A stretch of DNA of 64,000 nt, from IMG/VR virus record IMGVR_UViG_3300021400_000063; one strand, 5' to 3'. The number at the start of each line of letters is the position of its first letter. Position 1 is the stretch's first letter. The notes below the pieces were generated by a model that was given only the letters and a program-made list of their open reading frames with translations, did not search any database and was not told the origin of the DNA. A program made the position numbers and the translations under genes. Source of the stretch: a virus (Duplodnaviria; Caudoviricetes). Shown piece after piece: positions 51,824 through 62,314 of this stretch.

Positions 51824-52750
51824 ATGGAAACAATCAACGCATTCGACAACAAAGGTGATTCGGAAGAAATTAAATATGGTGACTTCAATGCTGAAACAGT
51901 ATATGAAGGTGCTGAAGCACAGCAGGAATCTGTAAATACTGGAGATTCTGATGCTAAAATTATCATGAATCGTAAAAAGAAAGCAGCATTAACATCTGCA
52001 ATTGTAACAACAGGTGTAAATGCTATTCCAGTAATTGCTGATGTATTTAAGCATCGAAAAGATCCTACACCATATCATGTTAACAAAAATGATTTACTTT
52101 GTTTGGGTATTGCTTCCGCATTACCAGTTTTCCAGGCAGTTGATACTATTGCTTTTGGTGGAAAATGCCAGGCTAAAATTGATGAAAAATTGAACGGTGT
52201 TGTGACATTTAATGATATTAGAAACATTGTCAATTTGGTAAATCTTTATACACCAGCACATGCTCTTATTAAGAAAACTATGGATCAGGCTACAGCCAAA
52301 GCTAATGGAATGCAGGTTATGCCTATTGATAGTTTTACAAAGACACGTGCAGCTATCGGTCTTACAACACTTGTTGCACCATTTGTTGCTGATAAATTGT
52401 CAGACGATTCTAAATCAATCGCTGCTAGAATCGGAAGTATTCTTCCTATTCCATTTATCGGTTCTATTGTTAGATCAGTTGTATCTAAATCGAATAATAC
52501 AAAGGTTCAGGGAGTATATCAGATTGCAAACGCTGCAATTAATGTAGCAAATAATGCAAATAGAACACTTACTCCAGCAGTTCGTGCTACATCTTATGGT
52601 AACACTGCTAACAAGATGTCTTCTGAACTTGATACTGCTCTTAGCCTTGCATCTCAGTTGCTTGGTTCTCCACGCGGTAATATTGGCGGTGGAATGTATA
52701 ATGGTGGTAACTACAATTATAACAATGGTTGGCAGAACATGAGCTTCTAA
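51824..52750 (+). CDS. hypothetical amphipathic protein with G/N/Y-rich tail
   Basis: GGAGG SD; terminator downstream. Confidence 0.8.
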   Translation: METINAFDNKGDSEEIKYGDFNAETVYEGAEAQQESVNTGDSDAKIIMNRKKKAALTSAIVTTGVNAIPVIADVFKHRKDPTPYHVNKNDLLCLGIASALPVFQAVDTIAFGGKCQAKIDEKLNGVVTFNDIRNIVNLVNLYTPAHALIKKTMDQATAKANGMQVMPIDSFTKTRAAIGLTTLVAPFVADKLSDDSKSIAARIGSILPIPFIGSIVRSVVSKSNNTKVQGVYQIANAAINVANNANRTLTPAVRATSYGNTANKMSSELDTALSLASQLLGSPRGNIGGGMYNGGNYNYNNGWQNMSF

Positions 52751-52826
52751 TTCAATACCAGATTAAATTTGAGGACTAGATTGAAATATATCTAGTCCTT
52801 TTATTTTTATTAATAGGAGAAATGAA

Positions 52827-54326
52827 ATGGGAACAAAATATCTAAGATATCAAAACCAAGAAGCTATTCATTTTGACCAGGTATTGAAAGGGGAAGCTGT
52901 GACTCTATCCAATAAAGATGGTATTAAATTTGTAAAGAAAAAGATTGTTCCTCAGGAAGGTGGACTTTATTCAAATAAAATGGGAAAACTTGTCGATGAT
53001 AATGTTGACCTTAGTGAATATTCTTGTGCACCTAACTGCGGCCATTATGTTGGAAGAATTTGGGAAGGAAAAGAATGTCCGATCTGTCATCAGATAGTAA
53101 AAAATAACTATGATGTTCTGTTTGATAAAAACGGATGGATTAATATCGGAACACATAAAGTAATTCAGCCATCAGCTTATGCCAAGATTAAAGATCTCAT
53201 AGGTCCTTCAACATTAGATGATATAATTTCATTTAACGATAACATTGACCTTCAGGGAAATCTGTTGATTGGTACATCTGAATTCGATAAAAAACATCCT
53301 TTCTCAAAAATTGGAATGACAGAATTCTATAAAAGATATGAAGAAATCATCGCTTATTATGGTAAAATTAAAAGAAAACCTAGAGAAGCTGAGTTTTTAA
53401 TTCATTTCAAAAACAGAATCTGGACATCTAAGATAAATGTATTGTCTCAGGAATTGAGACCGGCATTTATCAACTCTGCTGAAAAAACAATGAGGTATGA
53501 TAAAATAAATTCGACTTATTCGGTTATTATTAACAATGCCTCATTAATTGCTAAATCTGAGATTACAAATCAGTATATGAATATTAATAAGTATCTTTAT
53601 ACTATTCAGCAGTCTCTTTATAGTCTTTATGATATGATTATTCAGAAACTTGATGGAAAGAAAAAGTTACTTAGACGCAATATTCAAGGTACTAAGATGT
53701 CGTGGTCATCACGTTTGGTTATCGCTGCAAATACTGGTGAAACTTATGGTATTGATCAGATTGTTATTTCATATAAAGCATTCTTGGAATTGTATAAATA
53801 TGAAATCATCAACTGTTTGAAACGTGGAGTTACAACCAATGCATTTGTAGATAGAACTATTTATGAAATTACAGAATGGATGGATATTGAGAGATATTCT
53901 CATGAATTAAATCCGGTTCTGTATGAAACCATGAAATGGTTGATAGCCAATAATAAAGATGGATTATGGTGTCTTGTAAATAGACCGCCTACAATGGATC
54001 TTGGTTCTTTACAGATGCTTAGAGTTGTTGATGTTATTCCTAATGCAAGGGAAAATCATATGAAAGTTCCATTAACATCGCTTATTGCATGGAATGGTGA
54101 CTTCGATGGTGATACATTATCACTTTACAGTATTAAAGAACTTGGTGTGTGTGAAGCATTTAGAAATGCATTCTCACCTAGACATCTTATAGTAGATAAA
54201 GTTTCTGGATATAAAGTTTACAATGATGCTTTCGGTTTACCTAAAGATCTTTGTATGTTCTTGTTTGGATTCGTTCCACAGGAAAGTCACAACTTTAGAA
54301 ATCCTGAACTTAAAAAAGAAGCGTAA
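52827..54326 (+). CDS. split multisubunit RNA polymerase, beta' N-terminal fragment with catalytic loop
   Basis: GLYS, Zn site C..NCG...CPIC, GWI, LRPA, GKKKLLRRNIQG...SSRLVI, NRPPT, WNGDFDGD. Confidence 0.92.
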   Translation: MGTKYLRYQNQEAIHFDQVLKGEAVTLSNKDGIKFVKKKIVPQEGGLYSNKMGKLVDDNVDLSEYSCAPNCGHYVGRIWEGKECPICHQIVKNNYDVLFDKNGWINIGTHKVIQPSAYAKIKDLIGPSTLDDIISFNDNIDLQGNLLIGTSEFDKKHPFSKIGMTEFYKRYEEIIAYYGKIKRKPREAEFLIHFKNRIWTSKINVLSQELRPAFINSAEKTMRYDKINSTYSVIINNASLIAKSEITNQYMNINKYLYTIQQSLYSLYDMIIQKLDGKKKLLRRNIQGTKMSWSSRLVIAANTGETYGIDQIVISYKAFLELYKYEIINCLKRGVTTNAFVDRTIYEITEWMDIERYSHELNPVLYETMKWLIANNKDGLWCLVNRPPTMDLGSLQMLRVVDVIPNARENHMKVPLTSLIAWNGDFDGDTLSLYSIKELGVCEAFRNAFSPRHLIVDKVSGYKVYNDAFGLPKDLCMFLFGFVPQESHNFRNPELKKEA

Positions 54327-54344
54327 AAATGGAGGAACTCGAAA

Positions 54345-55022
54345 ATGAGTGAAATGACAATGGAAGATAAAATCTTCGTTAAACAGTGTTTGGATGAATA
54401 TAATTATCATACGTACAACAGCATTATTCCTTTTACAGTTATCAGACGTATTCCTGGTGCTGCTATGAAAGGCGATGAACTCAAAGAATTGTCTGTAATA
54501 ACAAGATCTAGTTTGATGAATTCATCATCTGACATTTATAAGCTTTTCAATGCTTATAAGAACAAATTCAAGCCAAATGCTTCAATTAAAGAAATTGCTG
54601 AAGAAATCGCTAAGGAACATCTTAAAACAATGAATCCTGAATATTCACGTAATGTTCCTGATCCATTCTCAAAAGCAATTTCTAGTGTAAACAGTGCACT
54701 TAGAACAATCAACAATCAGATTGAATTTATTCGTGCAAGCTATAAGGTTGCAGATTCAAACGATGAACGTTTCAATAAAGCAACTGTTAAATCAATTCTT
54801 AAAGAAGATACAGTTTCTTCTTACGATTCAAGTTGGTCGGAAATTGAAAGAATTGAAGCTGAACTCAATACTAAAAAGGTTGATCCTTATTCTCCAGAAT
54901 ATGGAAAACTTATTATTAAGCGATTAAATTCATTCAAAGCTGATATTATTTCAGCATTTAACAAATACTTTGGTAAAAACTCAGTATTTGCTGAATTTAA
55001 TCTTAGCGATATGCTTCGCTAG
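54345..55022 (+). CDS. hypothetical protein
   Basis: GGAGG SD. Confidence 0.75.
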   Translation: MSEMTMEDKIFVKQCLDEYNYHTYNSIIPFTVIRRIPGAAMKGDELKELSVITRSSLMNSSSDIYKLFNAYKNKFKPNASIKEIAEEIAKEHLKTMNPEYSRNVPDPFSKAISSVNSALRTINNQIEFIRASYKVADSNDERFNKATVKSILKEDTVSSYDSSWSEIERIEAELNTKKVDPYSPEYGKLIIKRLNSFKADIISAFNKYFGKNSVFAEFNLSDMLR

Positions 55023-55090
55023 AATTAAATTCTGAAATATAAAGAATGGTATCAAAATGATACCATTCTTTTTTAGGAGGATTATAAAAT

Positions 55091-56452
55091 ATGGCTTATA
55101 TTAATCCATTACTAGATGGTTTTGTAAATTATTCAAGAATTAAAGATGAAACTTTGTTAAATGAAACAATTTTACCTAAAACAGATAAAGAAGGTTATTT
55201 TAAATGGGAACAGGATAAAAAATGTTTTAAGAATAAGGATATAGAATTTTTTAAAAAAATATGTCTCGGTATTATTCATTATAATGATAACGTGAATGAA
55301 TTTGAATTTCCCGAACCAACCGATCCTGATGGACTTTTTGCAAGATTTGAACAGTTTATAGTACGTCGTGAAGTATCTAAATTTTTATTTAATAGTAACT
55401 TTTTAGAAAAATTTTATAAAACGTATGCTAAGATCTATTATTCAAAAATGGCCTCTACAGTTCGGAATTATACTGTAGAAGCTATTTCATTAAAATCTGC
55501 AATTTTTCCATTCGAAGCTGCTTTTACAGATTTTATAAATCAGTATAGCGAGTTCGATGATGCTATAAATGATATAACAACAAATGTTTTATATATTTGT
55601 ACAAAAAAATTTATACGTTTTCATCATTATTGTTATAATGTAAATAAACATAAAAGATGTAATATTTCGTTTTATGATTTATTTTTTAGACCAAATTATG
55701 CTTCTAAAAAACTTTGTAAAGCAATCTCCATTAATAATAAATTTAAATTTGATAAAGTACCATCATCTATTATAGTTGATGATATTAACTACAATGCTTT
55801 AAAATATTATATTAAACATGATGCTTTTGATGAAATTAATTTGAAAGATTGTAATATTAAAGCATCATCTTTAGTATATACTGTTATCAAACGTTCGATT
55901 AGATATGCATTTGTTATACAAATGAAACGATTATTCGGGTTGTATTTGGTTAATAATAAAGAAAAATATCCAGAAATCAAATCAATTATTTCTGATACAA
56001 ATCTTTATCATACACAAGATCTTATCAATGTTAAACAAAACATTAAGTATCTTAAAAACGTTATCACATTCTGCGATTCTATATTGAGTATTAAACGTAA
56101 AAGAAAAGCTATTATGAATAAAACTGATAATGTTAAAGATTTTGCACAATATGTTAAATCTATTGTTGAACATATGCGTTCATACAATAATGTAGCTATG
56201 AATATTATGGGAGATCTTAAAAATTTATACATGATGTGTTTTGATAAAAATCAATCGCAGTCAGTTGTATATAATACTGAAATGTATAAGACACTTAAAA
56301 CAATAAGTGAATATTTTTGTATTAGAAATGAAACAAAATTAACTAAAATGCAAAGGTATAATTTTAGTGATAAATGGTATATAACTGTAGAAGAAGATAT
56401 AATAATCGACCCTATCAATTATGTTGAATTTAGAATAATTAAGGAGTTTTAA
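55091..56452 (+). CDS. hypothetical protein
   Basis: AGGAGG SD; long ORF. Confidence 0.75.
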   Translation: MAYINPLLDGFVNYSRIKDETLLNETILPKTDKEGYFKWEQDKKCFKNKDIEFFKKICLGIIHYNDNVNEFEFPEPTDPDGLFARFEQFIVRREVSKFLFNSNFLEKFYKTYAKIYYSKMASTVRNYTVEAISLKSAIFPFEAAFTDFINQYSEFDDAINDITTNVLYICTKKFIRFHHYCYNVNKHKRCNISFYDLFFRPNYASKKLCKAISINNKFKFDKVPSSIIVDDINYNALKYYIKHDAFDEINLKDCNIKASSLVYTVIKRSIRYAFVIQMKRLFGLYLVNNKEKYPEIKSIISDTNLYHTQDLINVKQNIKYLKNVITFCDSILSIKRKRKAIMNKTDNVKDFAQYVKSIVEHMRSYNNVAMNIMGDLKNLYMMCFDKNQSQSVVYNTEMYKTLKTISEYFCIRNETKLTKMQRYNFSDKWYITVEEDIIIDPINYVEFRIIKEF

Positions 56453-56453
56453 A

Positions 56454-58211
56454 ATGGTAAAAGAAACTAGACAAATAATTTATAATTTTGTAAGTATCAT
56501 TAATGATAAACTATATGCTAAATCATTATATGAACGAGCAAACAAACATTTTTCGAATAAAACATCTGATGAAGAATATTTCGCTGGTACATTAAATAAT
56601 TGTGAATATTTTAAACTCAGTAAAAAATATAAGAAAAATAATATTGCTGTACTACCTGTGCATTATGATCAGGATATTGATGAATTCAATAACTCTAAAG
56701 ATTGGATAATTGATAAATTCTTAGTACCAATTGTTTCAAAATTAATGAGTATCGTATTTGATGATTATTTCAGCATCAATTTATACAATGCATTTAAATG
56801 TAAATATTTCATTCCTATTCTTGAAGCAGAATATTCTAGAATGACTAAAGAAGATTTGGATTATAATAATGAAAAACCGTTTATTATTTGTATCGAATCT
56901 GCAATTTCTAATTTCCTTTCTGATGAAGAATATGTAAAATCTATTTCTGATAAAGTTTTAACTAAACTGAAGAAATCTCTTAAGAACTTTAAATTTGTTC
57001 CAGTTACAACATCGAATACCGGAGCAAATTTAATCGGCGATTCTTTAAAATTGCTAGATTATTTTAGTATATATAACACTTCTTTAGGCGAATATAACAA
57101 AATAAATCGTAATGATCAGATTTTGGTTGATGTGTCTAATACTAGAGCAGCTGATCCTACAAAAGAATACTATATTAATCTCGAAATAACAAATTTTACA
57201 CTACCACATATTTTAGATTACATTTCAAGAATGTGTTACATCGAAATAATTAGAAAGTATTCTAAGTTAGATGTATCTGCAAGTGTTACAGATGATGTAA
57301 TTGAAAACATTAGAAATGAACTTTTCATTTATAATTCTAGAACCGCTAAAGTTATTAAAGATTATTTGATTAAGTTCAAATCAAATTATGGTTATTTCTT
57401 TTCTTTACAAACTGAACAATCATCTTATAAATTGATTACAGATATGCTTACTGATATCGAATCTGGTGAAAAACATTTATATAATGATGGTAATCCGATT
57501 AAAAAATATTTAATCAAAGATCCAGTATCTACAAGTATAACTGCTACAACCAAACTTTATTCAATGATTTCTACTATAGAATCTATGAATAGAGATTATA
57601 CAAGATCTAATAGTTTTATTGTAGATGCTAATGCTTTACATAGTGTTTTCGAAATGATATCTAAGAATATGAAAGATATTGTAGAACTCCGTAATGAATT
57701 CTTTAATTTGATTTATATGAATCCTGATATTTTCTTAAATAAATGGTATCCTGATAATAAACAATTTGAATCATATAAAATGACTAAAAACTTTTTCTAC
57801 CATTGTGTAAATTTAGCCTCAACGTATGGAAAAGTTGATACTGCGTTTAAAGAAAATATTATACATCATTTGGTTGAAGAATTTAAATGTCTTTATTTTA
57901 ATAAACAACAATTTTGTGATACAATAATTTATGATAAGGAAACTGGTTTCGACTCTTCAAAATATGATAAAACTATCGAACATGTATTTTCTATTATAGA
58001 AAAGTTATCTTCAGATATCAAAAATATTAGTTCGTTGTATCTCGAAAATATTTTACAGGATATTCAACATTGGTCAGCTACTATGGAAAATAATGTTAGA
58101 TATTATCAATTCTTCGACCCTGCAAATGAATTTGATCATTATAATTCTCGTATAATTGCAAGTAAAGAAGATTTTGATTTCTACACATATAATTTCTATA
58201 AAAGAGCTTAA
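56454..58211 (+). CDS. hypothetical helical protein
   Basis: AAGGAG SD; long ORF. Confidence 0.75.
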   Translation: MVKETRQIIYNFVSIINDKLYAKSLYERANKHFSNKTSDEEYFAGTLNNCEYFKLSKKYKKNNIAVLPVHYDQDIDEFNNSKDWIIDKFLVPIVSKLMSIVFDDYFSINLYNAFKCKYFIPILEAEYSRMTKEDLDYNNEKPFIICIESAISNFLSDEEYVKSISDKVLTKLKKSLKNFKFVPVTTSNTGANLIGDSLKLLDYFSIYNTSLGEYNKINRNDQILVDVSNTRAADPTKEYYINLEITNFTLPHILDYISRMCYIEIIRKYSKLDVSASVTDDVIENIRNELFIYNSRTAKVIKDYLIKFKSNYGYFFSLQTEQSSYKLITDMLTDIESGEKHLYNDGNPIKKYLIKDPVSTSITATTKLYSMISTIESMNRDYTRSNSFIVDANALHSVFEMISKNMKDIVELRNEFFNLIYMNPDIFLNKWYPDNKQFESYKMTKNFFYHCVNLASTYGKVDTAFKENIIHHLVEEFKCLYFNKQQFCDTIIYDKETGFDSSKYDKTIEHVFSIIEKLSSDIKNISSLYLENILQDIQHWSATMENNVRYYQFFDPANEFDHYNSRIIASKEDFDFYTYNFYKRA

Positions 58212-58314
58212 ATTTATTTGATAAAAATGATAAATAGACAGGGTTTTATACCCTGTCTATATTCTTATTCGAAGACATTAATATATAGTTTTTATTAATA
58301 AAAAGGGGTTATTT

Positions 58315-61300
58315 ATGAGTGTAATTCTTACAGAAAGTAACTATACCATACTCCGAAACAACGATCCCTCTTGGCAAGCAATGACTCGTGTATCAGATGC
58401 TAATAATGTATTTGATGTACGTCAAGAGTATGTAAAACGTGGTAATGTTAGAAACGATTTTAAAACCCAATTAAATTTATTTGATAATAACAAAGGTCTT
58501 CTTAATGACGGAACTTATATAGATTTAACTCAATTTTTTATGGATACTTCTAAAGTATCTGATAAAGAAATTCAATCTGTATCAGTTCCTTATTTTAAGT
58601 TTAAGACTAATGCTGTAATCAATAGTAAATATGTTAATTGTGGAACAGTTAGAACTAATGATAAAAGTTGTTATAAAAATGAAATTTCTGATACTTATAT
58701 CACTAAAAAACATTTTTATTCAGCTACTTCATTGAATTCTACAGTAGATCCAGAAACAAATACGGTAATTCAGCATTTTGGCGATAAAGAAATACTTGAA
58801 AAAGATATTAGCTCATTTCCATTACAACGAGTCGATAAACTTGTTGTAAATGAATTTGCTTCTCTTTTTATATATGTAAATGGTTTAAAAATACCGGATA
58901 ATGAAGTATTTGTTTATTCAAACAAAATGTATACAGATGTATTTATTCCTAAAAAATACATTCCTGGAAATATTTATGACGATAATTCTAATATAGATTG
59001 TGTATTTACGATCGATTATAGACAGTCTGGATCAGAATGTTTATACCATCGTGGTAAAATTAATGGTAGTTCTATAACTATTGATTTAACCGAAAGTCAA
59101 TATAAATATGATGATCATCGAAATTTAGAAATTATAAAAGAGAAAATATTAGCTTTTGTTAATGGTGAAGAATTCATTGTAGATTCTATTAGTAAAGATG
59201 GTAATTTATTGACTCTTAATTTCCCAGTATCTTTCGTTTCAGGTGATTTGGAATTTTATATTCTCAATGATGTAATTTACAGATATAAAGTTCCTACAAT
59301 TACACATGTTGATGAAGATACAAATAAATTACACTTTTATATCAACGACGATTATAAAGTTGATATTATTTCCGGTCCTATTACAAAATCTGCCCTTTCT
59401 TTTTTCTATGATGGTAAGAGGGTGGATGATTCGAAAATAATTCAAACGTCCAGATTTTCGTTTGAATATTCGATAACAGAAACTGATTTTGACGAAAATA
59501 AAGTAGATTTCTTTATTGAAGATATTGGTAAGAAAGTTGATGATGCAGCATATTCTTCTTATGGAGATGATTATTATCTTCTTAATATGCTTGGTGTAAA
59601 ACGATGTGTTGATAGAATGCGCGGTCATTATACATATTCAATTTTTGATGATACAAAATATCAAACTAGTTTTAAAGAAGTTTTGTCTAATAATGGTGAT
59701 TTATTTGATGTACAAAAAGCTATTAATAAATATGATAAACTTAAACTAGAAAGAAATACTGCTACATCTAGAGCTAAAGAATTGATTACTGAACGTCCTA
59801 CACTTTTAAGACGTCTCATGGAACAATGGAAAAATCCTAGTAAACGTTTCTTAGTTTACGGAAATGCTGAAGATGTAAAAGTTACATCAGTAAGTAAAAT
59901 TGAAAATATAAATCAAAATGTTTATTATAAAATTTACGTTAACCATCAATTAATTGATTTTACAAAATATACGACAGACCGTGAAACAGATATAGATTAT
60001 ATCACAATTGATAAATCTTGTTTTGATCCATTAGTACAAGATGAAACTGGTAAATATATTTCTGGTGTAAATACTGTAGAAATATTTCAGTTTGATTTAA
60101 CTTATCGTGAAAAATCGATTTATAGAACTAATCTGTCAGAATTTAGTGAACTTGGTTATGATGAAGAAGGTAATAAAGTTTATTCTAAACGATTTACCTA
60201 TGATCAACTTCCATTTGGTGAAACATTCCTGACGGATGATGTTTGTGCTATCGAACAAGTTTGTAAAAAATGGTATGATTCTACTCAAGATGAATATTAT
60301 TTAGTTTATCCAACAAAAGACAATATTGGTTATAGAATGGTTAAAAAATTCTATATAACTGATAGAGATGATACTGGATTAACAATTAATGTACAATTGT
60401 ATGAAGCTGAAAAAACAGAAGGATATTTCTTTATTCTCATTAAGCAATATAATGTAATTGAAGAATTAATTTATTCAAATATCGACCAGTCTTACATGTC
60501 TGATAACGATTTGATTATACCTATTTATTCTAAATACATTATTTATAATCATACTACAAAACTTAATAGTAATGGTAATTCATATGATGAATTAACAGGT
60601 GTTAATGAAGTAATTGATTTTATTCCTTATATCAATAACTCTGAACCTATTATTAGTAAAAACGGATATGAGTTGATTTATGGAAAAGATTATACATTTA
60701 TTAATCCTGAAAAAAATAAGGCCATTGCTTCATCATTTATTGTTTTGAAAGCTCAGCCTACTACAAATGATATTTTCACAGTTCAGTTCAACTCAACTAA
60801 GACAAACATTCTTATTGTCGGTTATGATGATCTTGTAATCAATAATAGATATGGTTTAGTTTATTTATCTGAATTAAAATATCCAGTTTCTACAGAATAT
60901 ATGAATATTTTTATCAATGGAAATAAAATGTCGGCTTACGATATTGATATTTTGTCTGATAAACTTATTCGTGTACATAATATTACAAGACCTATAAGAA
61001 CTATTCTGATTACTACTAATTTACAATATAAGGAATCGGAAATTCAAGACTATATAGATCTTTATCAACCTACAGCTTTCGAAAAACTTTTGGAAGAAAT
61101 ATTCTGGAACTGTGATCCTTCTAAACCTAACGAAGCCAATAGACCTAATATAGATTTCGTTTATAAAATGAATCCATATTATTCTGATTTTGTTGGCGAT
61201 GATGGAGAAAATTATTCTAATCAGTATTATAAAGAATATACCGATTATATAATTGCTCATGGCTATGATATTCTACCAACTGATAATTTTGAAGATATAA

Positions 61301-62280
61301 TTCAGAAACCTTCTAAATCTGAAGAAGAACAATACGAAGCTTGGCAAAAAGCTAAAGTTTTCTTTGAAGCTTATAAAGGAAATCACGGATTTGTTACAGA
61401 TGTAGACAGTGTTAAACAGATTGAAAATCCTGAAGAAACTGGAGAATCTGAAAATGCTTTTTCAGATACTTTAGAATTAATGTATATCAACTGGTTAGCT
61501 AATTCTGGAAAAACAAGAACTCAAGGTTTTAAAGATATTGATATAGACCCTATAGTTCTTAAATACTTCTCAGTATTTGAAAACGTAATCATTAATGATA
61601 GATTGGATATCGTTATAGATGCTAATCGTTTTTATGATGGTATGATGCCTGACGTTATAAATCCTATCAGAGAAGTAAATGTAGTTGATGGAACTGTAAA
61701 ACATATTTATCCTGGCTCAACAATAAATCTTAGAAGAAGTTTCTTCTATGCTATTTTACTCGATACTTTTGATAATTCTGAAGATGATCTATTTATCGAT
61801 TCTACAACAGGAGAAGATAAATTAGTTCAAGCCATGTGTCAAAATAAATTATCTAATATACTGTATCCTATAGATTTTCCATTAGCTCCTGATAAAAAAG
61901 GAATTAAATGGACTGGAACAGATGTAGATATTGTTAATTTTGATTATGGATGGAATTCAGAAATATTAGAAGATGCTTGTGAAAAAGTTCTTATGATAAA
62001 AGCTAAAAAATATGTTGAAGATTGTTCTATTCTCAAATATTTGGGAATTAGATATATACTTAATAAAATATATCCATTGAAGTATGTATACAATATGGAT
62101 TTCGATGCTGAAGATGGATACTATGCATCCATTGAAAATGCATTAATAAAATTCCTTTCATCAAAAGATGGATTAGGTGATAATTTGGACAACGTTCAAT
62201 ACGATATTTATAAAGCTTTAGCTAAACGTAAAGCTAAAGAGTTGATAAATATTATTTATCCTAATACATTTAAACTCTAA
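58315..62280 (+). CDS. large probable virion structural protein (beta-rich, repeated xVNG modules; baseplate-like)
   Basis: 1321 aa; IYVNG/AFVNG/FYDG/IYVNH/IFING repeats; GACA-N6-TATA at 58274. Confidence 0.6.
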   Translation: MSVILTESNYTILRNNDPSWQAMTRVSDANNVFDVRQEYVKRGNVRNDFKTQLNLFDNNKGLLNDGTYIDLTQFFMDTSKVSDKEIQSVSVPYFKFKTNAVINSKYVNCGTVRTNDKSCYKNEISDTYITKKHFYSATSLNSTVDPETNTVIQHFGDKEILEKDISSFPLQRVDKLVVNEFASLFIYVNGLKIPDNEVFVYSNKMYTDVFIPKKYIPGNIYDDNSNIDCVFTIDYRQSGSECLYHRGKINGSSITIDLTESQYKYDDHRNLEIIKEKILAFVNGEEFIVDSISKDGNLLTLNFPVSFVSGDLEFYILNDVIYRYKVPTITHVDEDTNKLHFYINDDYKVDIISGPITKSALSFFYDGKRVDDSKIIQTSRFSFEYSITETDFDENKVDFFIEDIGKKVDDAAYSSYGDDYYLLNMLGVKRCVDRMRGHYTYSIFDDTKYQTSFKEVLSNNGDLFDVQKAINKYDKLKLERNTATSRAKELITERPTLLRRLMEQWKNPSKRFLVYGNAEDVKVTSVSKIENINQNVYYKIYVNHQLIDFTKYTTDRETDIDYITIDKSCFDPLVQDETGKYISGVNTVEIFQFDLTYREKSIYRTNLSEFSELGYDEEGNKVYSKRFTYDQLPFGETFLTDDVCAIEQVCKKWYDSTQDEYYLVYPTKDNIGYRMVKKFYITDRDDTGLTINVQLYEAEKTEGYFFILIKQYNVIEELIYSNIDQSYMSDNDLIIPIYSKYIIYNHTTKLNSNGNSYDELTGVNEVIDFIPYINNSEPIISKNGYELIYGKDYTFINPEKNKAIASSFIVLKAQPTTNDIFTVQFNSTKTNILIVGYDDLVINNRYGLVYLSELKYPVSTEYMNIFINGNKMSAYDIDILSDKLIRVHNITRPIRTILITTNLQYKESEIQDYIDLYQPTAFEKLLEEIFWNCDPSKPNEANRPNIDFVYKMNPYYSDFVGDDGENYSNQYYKEYTDYIIAHGYDILPTDNFEDIIQKPSKSEEEQYEAWQKAKVFFEAYKGNHGFVTDVDSVKQIENPEETGESENAFSDTLELMYINWLANSGKTRTQGFKDIDIDPIVLKYFSVFENVIINDRLDIVIDANRFYDGMMPDVINPIREVNVVDGTVKHIYPGSTINLRRSFFYAILLDTFDNSEDDLFIDSTTGEDKLVQAMCQNKLSNILYPIDFPLAPDKKGIKWTGTDVDIVNFDYGWNSEILEDACEKVLMIKAKKYVEDCSILKYLGIRYILNKIYPLKYVYNMDFDAEDGYYASIENALIKFLSSKDGLGDNLDNVQYDIYKALAKRKAKELINIIYPNTFKL

Positions 62281-62314
62281 ATGATGAAATTAAATATAAC
62301 GTAAGGAGAACAAA

